NCBI GenBank assembly: GCA_963677925.2
Contig: CAXXYH010000003.1
Span: forward strand, 928,001 to 992,000
Direction of reading: 5' to 3'
Source of the DNA: Spirochaetia bacterium
GTDB taxonomy: Bacteria; Spirochaetota; Spirochaetia; UBA9216
DNA: 64,000 bases
Each line of letters starts with the position of its first letter. Position 1 is the stretch's first letter. The translations under genes and the position numbers were made by a program. This document shows positions 19,631 to 28,500 of the stretch, piece by piece. The notes beneath the pieces were generated by a model. The model was not told the origin of the DNA. It did no database searches and saw only the letters and a program-made list of their open reading frames with translations.

Positions 19631-19656
19631 GACGGGAAATATGTGAAATGGTTGGA
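19631..19656 (-). promoter_or_regulatory. Candidate autoregulatory ECF promoter
   Basis: tcCAAC-N16-CGTC directly upstream of the sigma gene (SD GAGGT follows); the -10 is flanked by the inverted repeat TCACATATT-N11-AATATGTGA (19618-19646). Confidence 0.6.
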
Positions 19657-19709
19657 AAAAAAACTGTTTTTTTTATTATAATACCGATGAAAGATTATTC
19701 GGAGAGTAT

Positions 19710-20999
19710 ATGAAACGAAGTAATAAAAATATTGGGCTGATTGAACTGATAGCTATAGGCGTCGGAGGTATGGTCGGAGGCGGTATTTTCGCTGTTCTTG
19801 GACTTGCTGTATCTTTGGCGCAGGGAGGAACACCGCTCGCATTCCTGTTTGCCGGGATACTGGCATTGCTTACTTCCTACAGTTATGTAAAGCTTTCTAT
19901 TGCTTTTCCGGATCGGGGAGGAACAGTCAACTTTATAAATAGGGGGTTCGGAAAATCGGCCTTCAGCGGAGGTATCAACAACCTGCTCTGGGTAAGCTAT
20001 ATCATAATGCTGTCGCTGTATGCATCGGCCTTCGGGTCCTATGCTTCCAACCTTATCCAGATTCCTGCAGGAGTACAACTCAGTTTTCATTTGTATGCAA
20101 GCGGCATTATTGTAATAGCAACTATAATAAACTATTTCAGTGTAAAAATTGTCGGGATGATTGAAGATTACGCGGTAGTAGTTAAACTGATTATTCTGCT
20201 TGCCTTCGTTGCTATAGGGCTTTACGGCCTGAAGAGCAGTTCAAACATTGAGCAGCTTTATCTTTCAAACTGGAAAAATCCGATAAGCCTTCTTACCGGC
20301 GGAATGGTTATCTTCGTAGCTTATGAAGGTTTTGAGCTTATAGCCAATGCCTCTCCCGATGTAAATAATCCAAAGCAAAATATTCCAAGGGCATACTATA
20401 TTTCAGTTATCTTTGTAATCCTGCTTTATCTTGTTATTGCAGTTGTTACCATAGGCTCCCTACCCTTTCAGTCAATCGCAGATGCCAAGGATTATGCCTT
20501 GGCAGAAGCTGCGCGCCCTATGCTTGGGCAGTTAGGCTTTACATTGATAGGAATTGCTGCAATGATATCAACCTTCTCTGCAATCAATGCTTCACTTTAC
20601 GGCGGAAGCAGGGTCAGCTATGAGATTGCGGAAGATGACGAGCTGCCCCATGAATTTACCGGAAAACTGTGGAATCATCCTGTAGGACTGATAATTACTT
20701 CTGTACTTACACTGATAGTAGTAAATACCGTAAAACTTGAAAGCATTTCAACAGCCGGGAGTGCCGGGTTTATCCTTATTTTTTCACTAGTCAACCTGAC
20801 CGCCTTCAGACTTGCATCCTCAGTAAAAGGGAATCGTATAATATCTTTTACCGGATTTGTTCTGGGGCTGGTATCTCTTTTCGCCCTTCTGATTCAGCAG
20901 TTTTCTACAAATATATTCGGTGCTGTATTTGCGCTCTCAATAATAGCAGTCTGTATGGCTGCCGAGATATTTTACAAGAGATCAGAAAAGCGTATATAA
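19710..20999 (+). CDS. APC family amino-acid permease
   Basis: GVGGMVGGGIF TM1, FVAYEGFELIAN TM6, about 12 TM. Confidence 0.9.
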   Translation: MKRSNKNIGLIELIAIGVGGMVGGGIFAVLGLAVSLAQGGTPLAFLFAGILALLTSYSYVKLSIAFPDRGGTVNFINRGFGKSAFSGGINNLLWVSYIIMLSLYASAFGSYASNLIQIPAGVQLSFHLYASGIIVIATIINYFSVKIVGMIEDYAVVVKLIILLAFVAIGLYGLKSSSNIEQLYLSNWKNPISLLTGGMVIFVAYEGFELIANASPDVNNPKQNIPRAYYISVIFVILLYLVIAVVTIGSLPFQSIADAKDYALAEAARPMLGQLGFTLIGIAAMISTFSAINASLYGGSRVSYEIAEDDELPHEFTGKLWNHPVGLIITSVLTLIVVNTVKLESISTAGSAGFILIFSLVNLTAFRLASSVKGNRIISFTGFVLGLVSLFALLIQQFSTNIFGAVFALSIIAVCMAAEIFYKRSEKRI

Positions 21000-21017
21000 T
21001 AATTACATGAGGAAAAA

Positions 21018-21704
21018 ATGTACGTAGAATATCAGCCGCCCGCAAAGTGCGCTTCATTTCTTGAAACTATCTGGTACTCTGAGGACGCTAAACCGGGAAG
21101 CAGGATATTTCCTGATAACAATACCGACATTATCATCCCCTTAAACGACTGCTCACCTGTAAAATTTGCCGGCTACATGACAAGGTACCTGGAGCATAAT
21201 CCTCCACCTGGCCAGAAACTTCTGGGCATCCGCTTTAAGCCCGGTTATGCAGCTGCCTTTGTAAAAGATGACATGCATCTGCTGTCGGATCAGGTAGTCG
21301 AACTGAGCGGTATCCGCAGGCACGGTTTTAACATATTAAAGCAGCAATTTCAGGAAAGCGGCAAAATAGCATTCAGCCGGATTACAGAACTTCTGTATCC
21401 CTGTTTTGATGAATACCGGCTGAGACCGGAAATATCTCAGGCAATATCGCTTATCAGTTCAGCATCCGGAAGTATCCGTATTGAAGATGTTTCAAAGCTT
21501 TCAGGAATCAGCCGTAGAATGCTTGAACGGAGATTCAGGCAGGTCCTCGGCAAAACACCAAAACGTTTTGCGCAGATTGAAAGATTCAACTGCCTGATAA
21601 ATGAGAAACAATCACTTCTCAAAGCTGAATATCATGATCAGTCTCATATGATTAAGGAATTTAAAATGCTGACAGGCATGACACCTTCGCACTTTTTCTC
21701 ATAG
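21018..21704 (+). CDS. AraC family regulator (DUF6597-type N-domain)
   Basis: IFPDNNTD, LLGIRFKPG, ISRRMLERRFRQVLGKTPK, YHDQSHMIKEFK. Confidence 0.85.
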   Translation: MYVEYQPPAKCASFLETIWYSEDAKPGSRIFPDNNTDIIIPLNDCSPVKFAGYMTRYLEHNPPPGQKLLGIRFKPGYAAAFVKDDMHLLSDQVVELSGIRRHGFNILKQQFQESGKIAFSRITELLYPCFDEYRLRPEISQAISLISSASGSIRIEDVSKLSGISRRMLERRFRQVLGKTPKRFAQIERFNCLINEKQSLLKAEYHDQSHMIKEFKMLTGMTPSHFFS

Positions 21705-21765
21705 TACGCATTTTTACAATACAGAACCCAGGAAGAGGATTATTCTTAATTATCAAATAAACAGG

Positions 21766-22161
21766 ATGGAAAAAATGAATAACATGTCTGTCTGCTTTAA
21801 AACAGAAAAAGTTGATGAGTGCAGGGAGTTCTATCAGAAATACTTTAACGGCAGAATAACCTTTGACTGCGGCTGGTATGTCAGCGTGGCACTTTTTGAG
21901 TCCGATTACATTCTTAATTTCATGCAGCCTCAGGGCGGTGAAGCACTTTTCAATGGAAACGGGATTACAATCAATATAAGCGTCGAGAATGTGGATGTAC
22001 AGCATGAAAGACTCGATTCACTTGGGCTTAAATCTGTAGAACCGCTGGCCGACCATCCATGGGGGGACCGGGGCTTCTCTGTTAATGATCCAATGGGCAA
22101 CTCAATATACCTGTATACTGATATAGAGCCCACTGATGAGTTTAAGCAGTATTTTAAGTAG
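21766..22161 (+). CDS. VOC/bleomycin-resistance family protein
   Basis: REFYQKYF...FDCGWY; DHPWGDRGFSVNDPMGN. Confidence 0.85.
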   Translation: MEKMNNMSVCFKTEKVDECREFYQKYFNGRITFDCGWYVSVALFESDYILNFMQPQGGEALFNGNGITINISVENVDVQHERLDSLGLKSVEPLADHPWGDRGFSVNDPMGNSIYLYTDIEPTDEFKQYFK

Positions 22162-22167
22162 GCGTGT

Positions 22168-22518
22168 ATGGCAGATGAAAAAGTAGAACAGTTCTTATAT
22201 AACCTGCGTGATGCAGATCCGGATAAATCTATGACAGCAGAAAGAATCAGGGAACTGTACTTTAAAATTTACCCTGAGATTGCGGAACGGATAATGTACG
22301 GAGGTATTATGTTTTCACTTGAATGTGAAGATGTCGGCGGGATTTTCATACGGAAGAATCATATATCAGTTGCGTTTTCACAGGGATTCATGTTCAAGGA
22401 CCCGAATGGCTTTCTTGAGGGAGGAGGAAAGTACAGAAGACATTTAAAACTTGTAACCGTAGGCGATATTGAAAAAAAGGAGCTGGGTTCGTTTATTACC
22501 CAATTAAAAACCGTTTAA
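22168..22518 (+). CDS. DUF1801 family protein
   Basis: ERIMYGGIMF, KNHISVAFSQG, DP.G.LEG.GKYRRHLK. Confidence 0.8.
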   Translation: MADEKVEQFLYNLRDADPDKSMTAERIRELYFKIYPEIAERIMYGGIMFSLECEDVGGIFIRKNHISVAFSQGFMFKDPNGFLEGGGKYRRHLKLVTVGDIEKKELGSFITQLKTV

Positions 22519-22573
22519 TGTTGCCAAAAAACTCCATCTTTGTTATATCTGTTTACAAGATTCTCAAATTAAC

Positions 22574-22663
22574 AGGCAAAGAAAAAACACGGCCCCGCAG
22601 GTAGTCCCGGCGATCCTGATTACAGGATTCAGTATCCATCTTAATTGATGTCCGTCTTTGCCT
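22574..22663 (+). ncRNA. yjdF (azaaromatic-sensing) riboswitch
   Basis: P1 AGGCAAAGA/TCTTTGCCT; yjdF-type segments AAAAAACAC, GGTAGTCC, TCAGTA, GATGTCC; hairpins ATCCTG/CAGGAT and CATC/GATG; directly upstream of a yjdF gene. Confidence 0.85.
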
Positions 22664-22691
22664 CTGGATGAGTTATATCCGGAGGTAAACG

Positions 22692-23075
22692 ATGACACAA
22701 ACTATTTCCACAATTCTATTTAACGGTCAGTTCTGGATTGCTCTGATTGAACGTCTCTCAGAAGACGGCTCTATTCAGGTGGCCAGATATGTATTCGGAC
22801 CGGAACCGACCAATAATGATCTATTTGATTTTTATCTGAACAGATACAGCAGGCTCAAGTTTCACAGCACTGAAGAAAAAATCCGTGTAAAGAAAAGCTA
22901 TTCACATAAACAGCTTGAACGCGGCATTTCTAAATCAACCACAAGGTTTGCAGATGAGCAGAAGAAATACCTGCAGGCGAGTAAGAGGAATGCAAAAGCT
23001 GAAGCCCTTGTGCTGGCTGAGGAGAAATACAGGCAGAAGCAGGAAAAGAGGAAGCAGAAGAAACGGGGGAGATAG
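22692..23075 (+). CDS. yjdF: YjdF family protein (DUF2992)
   Basis: TILFNGQFWIALIER...VARYVFGPEPTN; basic C-terminus KQEKRKQKKRGR. Confidence 0.9.
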   Translation: MTQTISTILFNGQFWIALIERLSEDGSIQVARYVFGPEPTNNDLFDFYLNRYSRLKFHSTEEKIRVKKSYSHKQLERGISKSTTRFADEQKKYLQASKRNAKAEALVLAEEKYRQKQEKRKQKKRGR

Positions 23076-23137
23076 ATTTTACTATTTATTTTTCATAAAA
23101 ATCTTTTATATTATATACTCAACCTTAGTCTTCTTTA

Positions 23138-23171
23138 TTGACCTATTTATTAACTGTAGTTAATATATAGG
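23138..23171 (+). promoter_or_regulatory. Promoter overlapped by a 30-bp palindrome (candidate TetR operator)
   Basis: TTGACC-N17-TAATAT; CCTATtTATTAACT-gt-AGTTAATAtATAGG at 23142-23171. Confidence 0.65.
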
Positions 23172-23196
23172 CAGAATAGTTCTGTAGGAGTTTAAT

Positions 23197-23736
23197 ATGA
23201 AAAAATATTTCCGGGATATAAAATTATATCGAATAATATTAGCTTTTCTGCTTGCGATGGGATTCTATACAGTAATGACAACAATAAGTCTCCCGAAAAT
23301 AAGCAGTGAAATGAATGGGCTTAAAGCCTTCGATATGCGTCCGACGGGGTACAGTGTTCCGGAAGCTAATGAGATTCTTGAAAACTTATCGCAGCAGGGA
23401 CAGCGCTATTATACACGAGTACAGCTACCCCTTGATTTTATCTACCCGGCACTTGTTGCTGTTTACGGTCTGCTTGCCTTCAGCTATCTGAGCGCAAGAA
23501 TGAAGGTGCCTGGAATAGTATTTATGTTACCGGTTTTAGTCTGCCTTTTTGATTATCTTGAGAATATCTACATATATCTGATGCTTGGAGGCTTGAACAG
23601 CGCCCTGATGATTCATACAGCAAGCCTATTTACCATTTCAAAGAGTATTTCGACTATGCTGTTTGAAACTGTATTGATTGTATTCATAATCTATTTCATT
23701 ATTTCAAGAAAAGTATTGAGAAAAAAGCAGCAGTAA
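23197..23736 (+). CDS. Conserved membrane protein (about 4 TM)
   Basis: FDMRPTGYS...GQRYY..VQLPLDFIYP...FDYLEN pattern. Confidence 0.75.
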   Translation: MKKYFRDIKLYRIILAFLLAMGFYTVMTTISLPKISSEMNGLKAFDMRPTGYSVPEANEILENLSQQGQRYYTRVQLPLDFIYPALVAVYGLLAFSYLSARMKVPGIVFMLPVLVCLFDYLENIYIYLMLGGLNSALMIHTASLFTISKSISTMLFETVLIVFIIYFIISRKVLRKKQQ

Positions 23737-23747
23737 GGAATTATCCT

Positions 23748-24428
23748 ATGGAAAACAATGGGCAGATCTTTCCGGATTCAGGTATTTTAAAGATTACTAA
23801 ACCTGAGGTAGGAAAAAGGGAACAAAAAAAGACCGATATAAGACTGAGCTTCATGGAATCCTTCATCAGGGAGCTCGAAATAAAACCTCTTAAGGATATC
23901 AGGGTGAATGAGCTCTGCGCAAAAATCGGAATCTCCAAGGTTACCTTTTTCAAATATTTCTCAAGCCGTGATCAGGTAGTAGAGTATTTTATCTACAAAT
24001 GGTCATATGAGATGTCCTTTCAGCTGTTTCTAGGAAAACTGAAAGGAATAGATGGAATCAAAGAGGTTTTCAATTCAGTCTCAGACCACCCCGCCGGGAA
24101 GAATATCATATCGGCATTAATGACCTTCTATCTGAATAACCAGGTCTGCAACACGATGCAGCTGACACCCTACGAGCTGTATAGATTCAACCCGGAAGCG
24201 TATCTCAAAGGTTCCCCCTTCCTGGATCTGCAGGGATTATTCACAGCCCTTGTAAGAACACGGCCGAATCCTCCTGAATCAATACAGGATACAGTATTTA
24301 ATTTAATCTCCGGATTCTACGGGGTCTCCTTTGTTTCGGGTGTATATGGTTCAAAAACAGAGGAACAGGAAAGAATGAACTTAAAGGAAGCAAATAACAG
24401 GTTTATAGATGCGATTCTTTCAACATAA
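23748..24428 (+). CDS. TetR/AcrR family transcriptional regulator
   Basis: IRVNELCAKIGISKVTFFKYFSSRD HTH. Confidence 0.85.
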   Translation: MENNGQIFPDSGILKITKPEVGKREQKKTDIRLSFMESFIRELEIKPLKDIRVNELCAKIGISKVTFFKYFSSRDQVVEYFIYKWSYEMSFQLFLGKLKGIDGIKEVFNSVSDHPAGKNIISALMTFYLNNQVCNTMQLTPYELYRFNPEAYLKGSPFLDLQGLFTALVRTRPNPPESIQDTVFNLISGFYGVSFVSGVYGSKTEEQERMNLKEANNRFIDAILST

Positions 24429-24492
24429 TAATTTTACACATCAGTAAACCCATTTATGGTAAGATTCTTTAAACAAAGAGAAAGGGATAATC

Positions 24493-25305
24493 GTGTATAG
24501 GACTTTCATAAACATCCTTATCTTGTTCACTATGATATCCGCTCCTCATCTCCCGGCTCTTCAGCTCTCTGATGAACTTGAAATTTCCGAAATTGAAACA
24601 GGCGTTTTCCTGGTTACCCACAGCTTTCCATGGCCGGCCAACTCTCTTATTGTAATCATGGATGAATCGAACATCCTCTGGATAGATACTCCATATACCC
24701 CCGAAGCAACAGCTGAGGTCCTTGAATGGCTTTATTCCCGATACGGCACTGACTGTATAATTACTGAAATAAATACCGGATTTCACATCGACAACCTTGG
24801 AGGTAATGCTGAGTTGATACAGCGTGGGTTACCTGTTTACGGTTCAGCACTGACCCGTGAACTGCTTGAAACCCGAAGCAGTGCAACAATGTCAAAAATG
24901 ATCAGCTGGCTGCAGGGCCGAAAATATGAAAAATACCGTAAGATATATACCGATTTTATATTCCGGCCCCCAACCTTCACCTTTGATATAAACACAGAAC
25001 AGAACATCAGCATCGGATCAGAAAAAGTCATTATCTTTTATCCTGGGCCCTCTCATACATACGACAATCTTACTGTATATATCCCTGAACACAGACTACT
25101 TTTCGGCGGATGTATGATTTTAGCAGCAGAAACGGATAAGCCGGGGTATACTGATGATGGAAATCTTGGAGAATGGCTTAGTTCACTTCAGAATCTCAAA
25201 ATAAGATTTCCGGATGACCAGCTGCTGGTGGTTCCGGGACATGGCTCTCCGGGCAGCAGTTTGATTAATCATACAACAACTGTAATAGGTGCTTATTCAC
25301 AATAG
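24493..25305 (+). CDS. Subclass B1-like metallo-beta-lactamase, SPS-1/SPM-1 type
   Basis: Signal peptide; IDTP; NTGFHIDNLGG (Gly at BBL 116); PGPSHTYDN (H196); LFGGC (C221); VPGHG (H263); SPM-like central helical insertion. Confidence 0.85.
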   Translation: MYRTFINILILFTMISAPHLPALQLSDELEISEIETGVFLVTHSFPWPANSLIVIMDESNILWIDTPYTPEATAEVLEWLYSRYGTDCIITEINTGFHIDNLGGNAELIQRGLPVYGSALTRELLETRSSATMSKMISWLQGRKYEKYRKIYTDFIFRPPTFTFDINTEQNISIGSEKVIIFYPGPSHTYDNLTVYIPEHRLLFGGCMILAAETDKPGYTDDGNLGEWLSSLQNLKIRFPDDQLLVVPGHGSPGSSLINHTTTVIGAYSQ

Positions 25306-25324
25306 AATACAGCAATATGTTCTT

Positions 25325-25789
25325 CTACAGGATTCGTACAGTTCCTGTGATCTGATAAATACCTGCAGTATACAGACCGAACAGCAGTGAAGAAATTGAG
25401 GAATTGACTGCCTGTGTAACTATCAGCTTAACCGGATAATGAAAAAGCATAAACTGATTAAATGCTTCCGGAAGAACCTTAACAAGAACTATTGCAGCAC
25501 CGAAGACTAATCCGGCAGCAATTTTATTTTCCGGTAGAACCGGGTAAACGGCCAGATACAGCAGCAGATAAACAATCACTATAAAAATCCCGGCGGCCAT
25601 ATTGAGGCCTACATACCTTCCAATTCCACCGAAATCTTCCACAGTTTTCATCACAGGATTACCTTCATAGGCTTTAAAGATTCCTGCTGTCACCGGATTC
25701 ATATAAAGAAGATTTCCAATAATCATATCGATTACCAGAATAACAGCACCCCATACTACAGCCTTCCAGACTATTACTGAATATTCCAT
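25325..25789 (-). CDS. 4-TM membrane protein
   Basis: Four hydrophobic helices; SD AGGAGG; operonic with the paaX-like gene. Confidence 0.75.
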   Translation of the reverse strand: MEYSVIVWKAVVWGAVILVIDMIIGNLLYMNPVTAGIFKAYEGNPVMKTVEDFGGIGRYVGLNMAAGIFIVIVYLLLYLAVYPVLPENKIAAGLVFGAAIVLVKVLPEAFNQFMLFHYPVKLIVTQAVNSSISSLLFGLYTAGIYQITGTVRIL

Positions 25790-25799
25790 TTAATCCTCC

Positions 25800-26576
25800 T
25801 CAGGATCTTAAACAGGAACTCCAAAAAGGAAGGGACAACTCTGTTGCTTTTTTATTAAACTTGAAAAATTCCTGTCTTAATTCTGCTCCGGGCCAGGTTT
25901 TATCCTGCAGTACCGCCGGAAGCATCGGATCTTCTGCGAGAATGCGTACTGCCGCATCGCCTTCTTCCATCTTTTTTCTAAACACCTCCTCAGCAGAAAG
26001 TTCATTCAGATACTTATAGGATTCCTGCGTACGATGTATTTGCCTGCGCATTTGTTCCGATAGCTTTTCAAGGTTCCATAGAACAGCAGCATCTTCCCTG
26101 GTCAGTTCCGGAAACATCGGCCCAATGGTCAGGCAGCAGCATTTGGTTTTAATAACCTCTTCAAATACTTCATCATATTTTTCGTATCCTAAATACGGCC
26201 GTATCCATACACCCGGAAAGATTGTTGCAAATCGGTATTCCCTCAGCCTTTTCTGAAGAGAATACCTTGCTGATGAGTCTGAAATTGAAAAGGCTGCTGT
26301 GACCATTTCACCGGACCAGTCAATCGGGTTCTGCTCTTTGAATGCCCTTGCAACATTACCGCCATAATTCCTGCATTTTCCTGTTGGTGTGTAAAAAGCC
26401 GTACGCCCCTTACGGCTTATTTCCAGTACTCCCTGTTTTTTCATTCTTGATAGTACTGAACGCAGGCTGGTTTCAGAAACTTCGAAGGGCGCAGTTAAAC
26501 ATTTCAGCTGCCTTATTGAAAAGCATTGATAATCAAAGGTTGCAAATAAACCGTATATCAAATCAGAGTCTGTCAT
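25800..26576 (-). CDS. PaaX family transcriptional regulator
   Basis: wHTH SETSLRSVLSRMKKQG; W.G......F; FATIFPGVWIRP; LWNL; DPMLP..L....WPG; promoter TTGCTT-N17-TATAAT-N5-ATG. Confidence 0.85.
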   Translation of the reverse strand: MTDSDLIYGLFATFDYQCFSIRQLKCLTAPFEVSETSLRSVLSRMKKQGVLEISRKGRTAFYTPTGKCRNYGGNVARAFKEQNPIDWSGEMVTAAFSISDSSARYSLQKRLREYRFATIFPGVWIRPYLGYEKYDEVFEEVIKTKCCCLTIGPMFPELTREDAAVLWNLEKLSEQMRRQIHRTQESYKYLNELSAEEVFRKKMEEGDAAVRILAEDPMLPAVLQDKTWPGAELRQEFFKFNKKATELSLPFWSSCLRS

Positions 26577-26633
26577 AAATAATTATATTGCAATTTTTTA
26601 ATTAAAGCAAAATTTTTGTGATATTTAATCGGT

Positions 26634-26665
26634 AAAAAAAGGCTGTTCTTTTAAGAACAGCCTTT
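26634..26665 (-). terminator. Intrinsic terminator of the DEAD-box helicase gene
   Basis: AAAGGCTGTTCTT/AAGAACAGCCTTT inverted repeat with an A7 tract on +. Confidence 0.8.
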
Positions 26666-26698
26666 GAATATCCTGTTTAGTACTTGAGACCGATTCCG

Positions 26699-28360
26699 TC
26701 AGTCAACTCTCAATCTTCGTCCGTTAAAGGTCTTTCTTTTAAGTACAGATTTAAGGAACTCGGCAGCGCCCTTTTCTACCTGAAAACGGGTGCTTGTAGG
26801 CTGAATATCAATGCGTCCGATTTCAACCTGTTTTCCTCTGGTGGACTGATTGATAAGTCCGAAAAGTTCGCCGACCTGCAGATTATCCCTGTGCCCCAGG
26901 TTAACTTTGAGCCAGATAAAATCAGCGTTATCGCTTCTTCCGCCACGCTGCCGGCTCTTTCCTGATTCACCCCTTGCATCCCTGCGTTCACGTGAATACT
27001 TTCTGGAAGCACCGATTGAGCGCTCGGAACGTTTCTCTACCGGTTTAATATCTTCAAGCCCCTTGTAGAACTGAAGAAAGCGGTTAAACTCAAGTGATAC
27101 AAAGCGCTTGATAAGTTCTTCACGTTCAAGGTCGGAAAGTTTTTCGTTAATTGTATCCATGAAACCGAGAATCTGCTTCTCGTCAACATTTACATTATGC
27201 ACACGGTCAATGAGGTGTATCAGCTGCTGTTCGCAAATCTCCTGCTTTCCGGGAATAACAGCTTCCTTGATAGGGCGTCCCAGATTCCGTTCGATAATCT
27301 TGAGACGACCTCGCTCGCGCATATTAATAATCGCCAGTGAAATACCTGTACTTCCCGCCCGTCCGGTACGTCCGCTCCGGTGGTTATACACCTCTATTTC
27401 ATCCGGAAGGTCATAGTGAATAACGTGAGTCAGGTCCTTAACGTCAACTCCTCTGGCTGCAACGTCGGTAGCAATAAGAAGCTGCAGACCTCTTTCACGG
27501 AATTTGCCCATTACGTATTCACGCTGTTCCTGTGACAGATCTCCATGGAGGGCATCTGCGTTGTAGCCTTCCTTTATCATTCTTTCCGCAAGGTCGCGGG
27601 CTGATGCCCTTGTCTTGCAGAAAACAATTCCGTATATGCCGGGGTAGTAATCAGCCAGTCTCTTAAGTGCCTGGAATTTATCCTTGGCGTGAACTACATA
27701 GTAGCTGTGCTCAACAGAAGCGTTTCCGGTATTCTTTTCACCTACCGAAATCTCCTGCGGTTCATGCATGTACTGGACTGCTATACGGTTTACCTCATTC
27801 GGCATTGTTGCCGAGAAGAGCAGTGACTGTCTTTCAAAAGGCAGCTCCATCAGAATTGCATCAAGCTCTTCCTTGAACCCCATATTGAGCATAATATCTG
27901 CCTCATCGAGGACAAGGTACTTGATATTTTCAAGTCTTGCTGCGCCCTTATCAATAAGATCTCTCAGACGTCCCGGAGTAGCGACAATAACAGGCGCCCC
28001 CCTTTTAAGGTCCCTTATCTGCTGGCCGTAGGCTGTTCCGCCGTAAACTGCCGTAATATGACATCCAGGCAGATATTTTCCAAAGTTTTCAAGATCCTTT
28101 ACAATCTGGATACAGAGTTCTCTGGTTGGACAAAGCACAAGAGCCTGAGTTTCAGGTGTTCTCCAGTTTACTTTCTCAAGCATGGGGAGGCCGAAAGCGG
28201 CGGTTTTACCTGTCCCTGTCTGAGCGAGACCGATAATATCCTTGCTTGAGGCTAAAATCATCGGTATTGTTTTCTCCTGTACCGGAGTGGGATTAACAAA
28301 GCCCAGTTCGCCAATCGCCTTAAGCACAAGAGGATTAAGATTCAGTTCGTTAAAATTCAA
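26699..28360 (-). CDS. DEAD-box RNA helicase with C-terminal DbpA-type RNA-binding domain (DeaD/CshA-like)
   Basis: Q motif, AQTGTGKT, PTREL, TPGR, DEAD, SAT, ARGVD, HRSGRTGRAG; promoter TTGACA-N17-TAGTAT at 28422-28450. Confidence 0.95.
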   Translation of the reverse strand: MNFNELNLNPLVLKAIGELGFVNPTPVQEKTIPMILASSKDIIGLAQTGTGKTAAFGLPMLEKVNWRTPETQALVLCPTRELCIQIVKDLENFGKYLPGCHITAVYGGTAYGQQIRDLKRGAPVIVATPGRLRDLIDKGAARLENIKYLVLDEADIMLNMGFKEELDAILMELPFERQSLLFSATMPNEVNRIAVQYMHEPQEISVGEKNTGNASVEHSYYVVHAKDKFQALKRLADYYPGIYGIVFCKTRASARDLAERMIKEGYNADALHGDLSQEQREYVMGKFRERGLQLLIATDVAARGVDVKDLTHVIHYDLPDEIEVYNHRSGRTGRAGSTGISLAIINMRERGRLKIIERNLGRPIKEAVIPGKQEICEQQLIHLIDRVHNVNVDEKQILGFMDTINEKLSDLEREELIKRFVSLEFNRFLQFYKGLEDIKPVEKRSERSIGASRKYSRERRDARGESGKSRQRGGRSDNADFIWLKVNLGHRDNLQVGELFGLINQSTRGKQVEIGRIDIQPTSTRFQVEKGAAEFLKSVLKRKTFNGRRLRVD

Positions 28361-28500
28361 TAATTATTCCTTATTTTCCTGCGGTATGCACAAAAAGAGT
28401 TATTCAATCGCGGGTTATTTAATACTAAACAAACGAAGGGGCTGTGTCAATCTCTGTAAAAACGGGGTATCTGCTGTATATCAAAGACTTTACAGCGTTT

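Noticed and set aside
14599-26576. Accessory block of small, mostly co-oriented genes as a possible integron cassette array or genomic island
   Set aside because: No repeated attC-like element between genes, and no integrase, tRNA or flanking direct repeats seen; several genes have their own promoters
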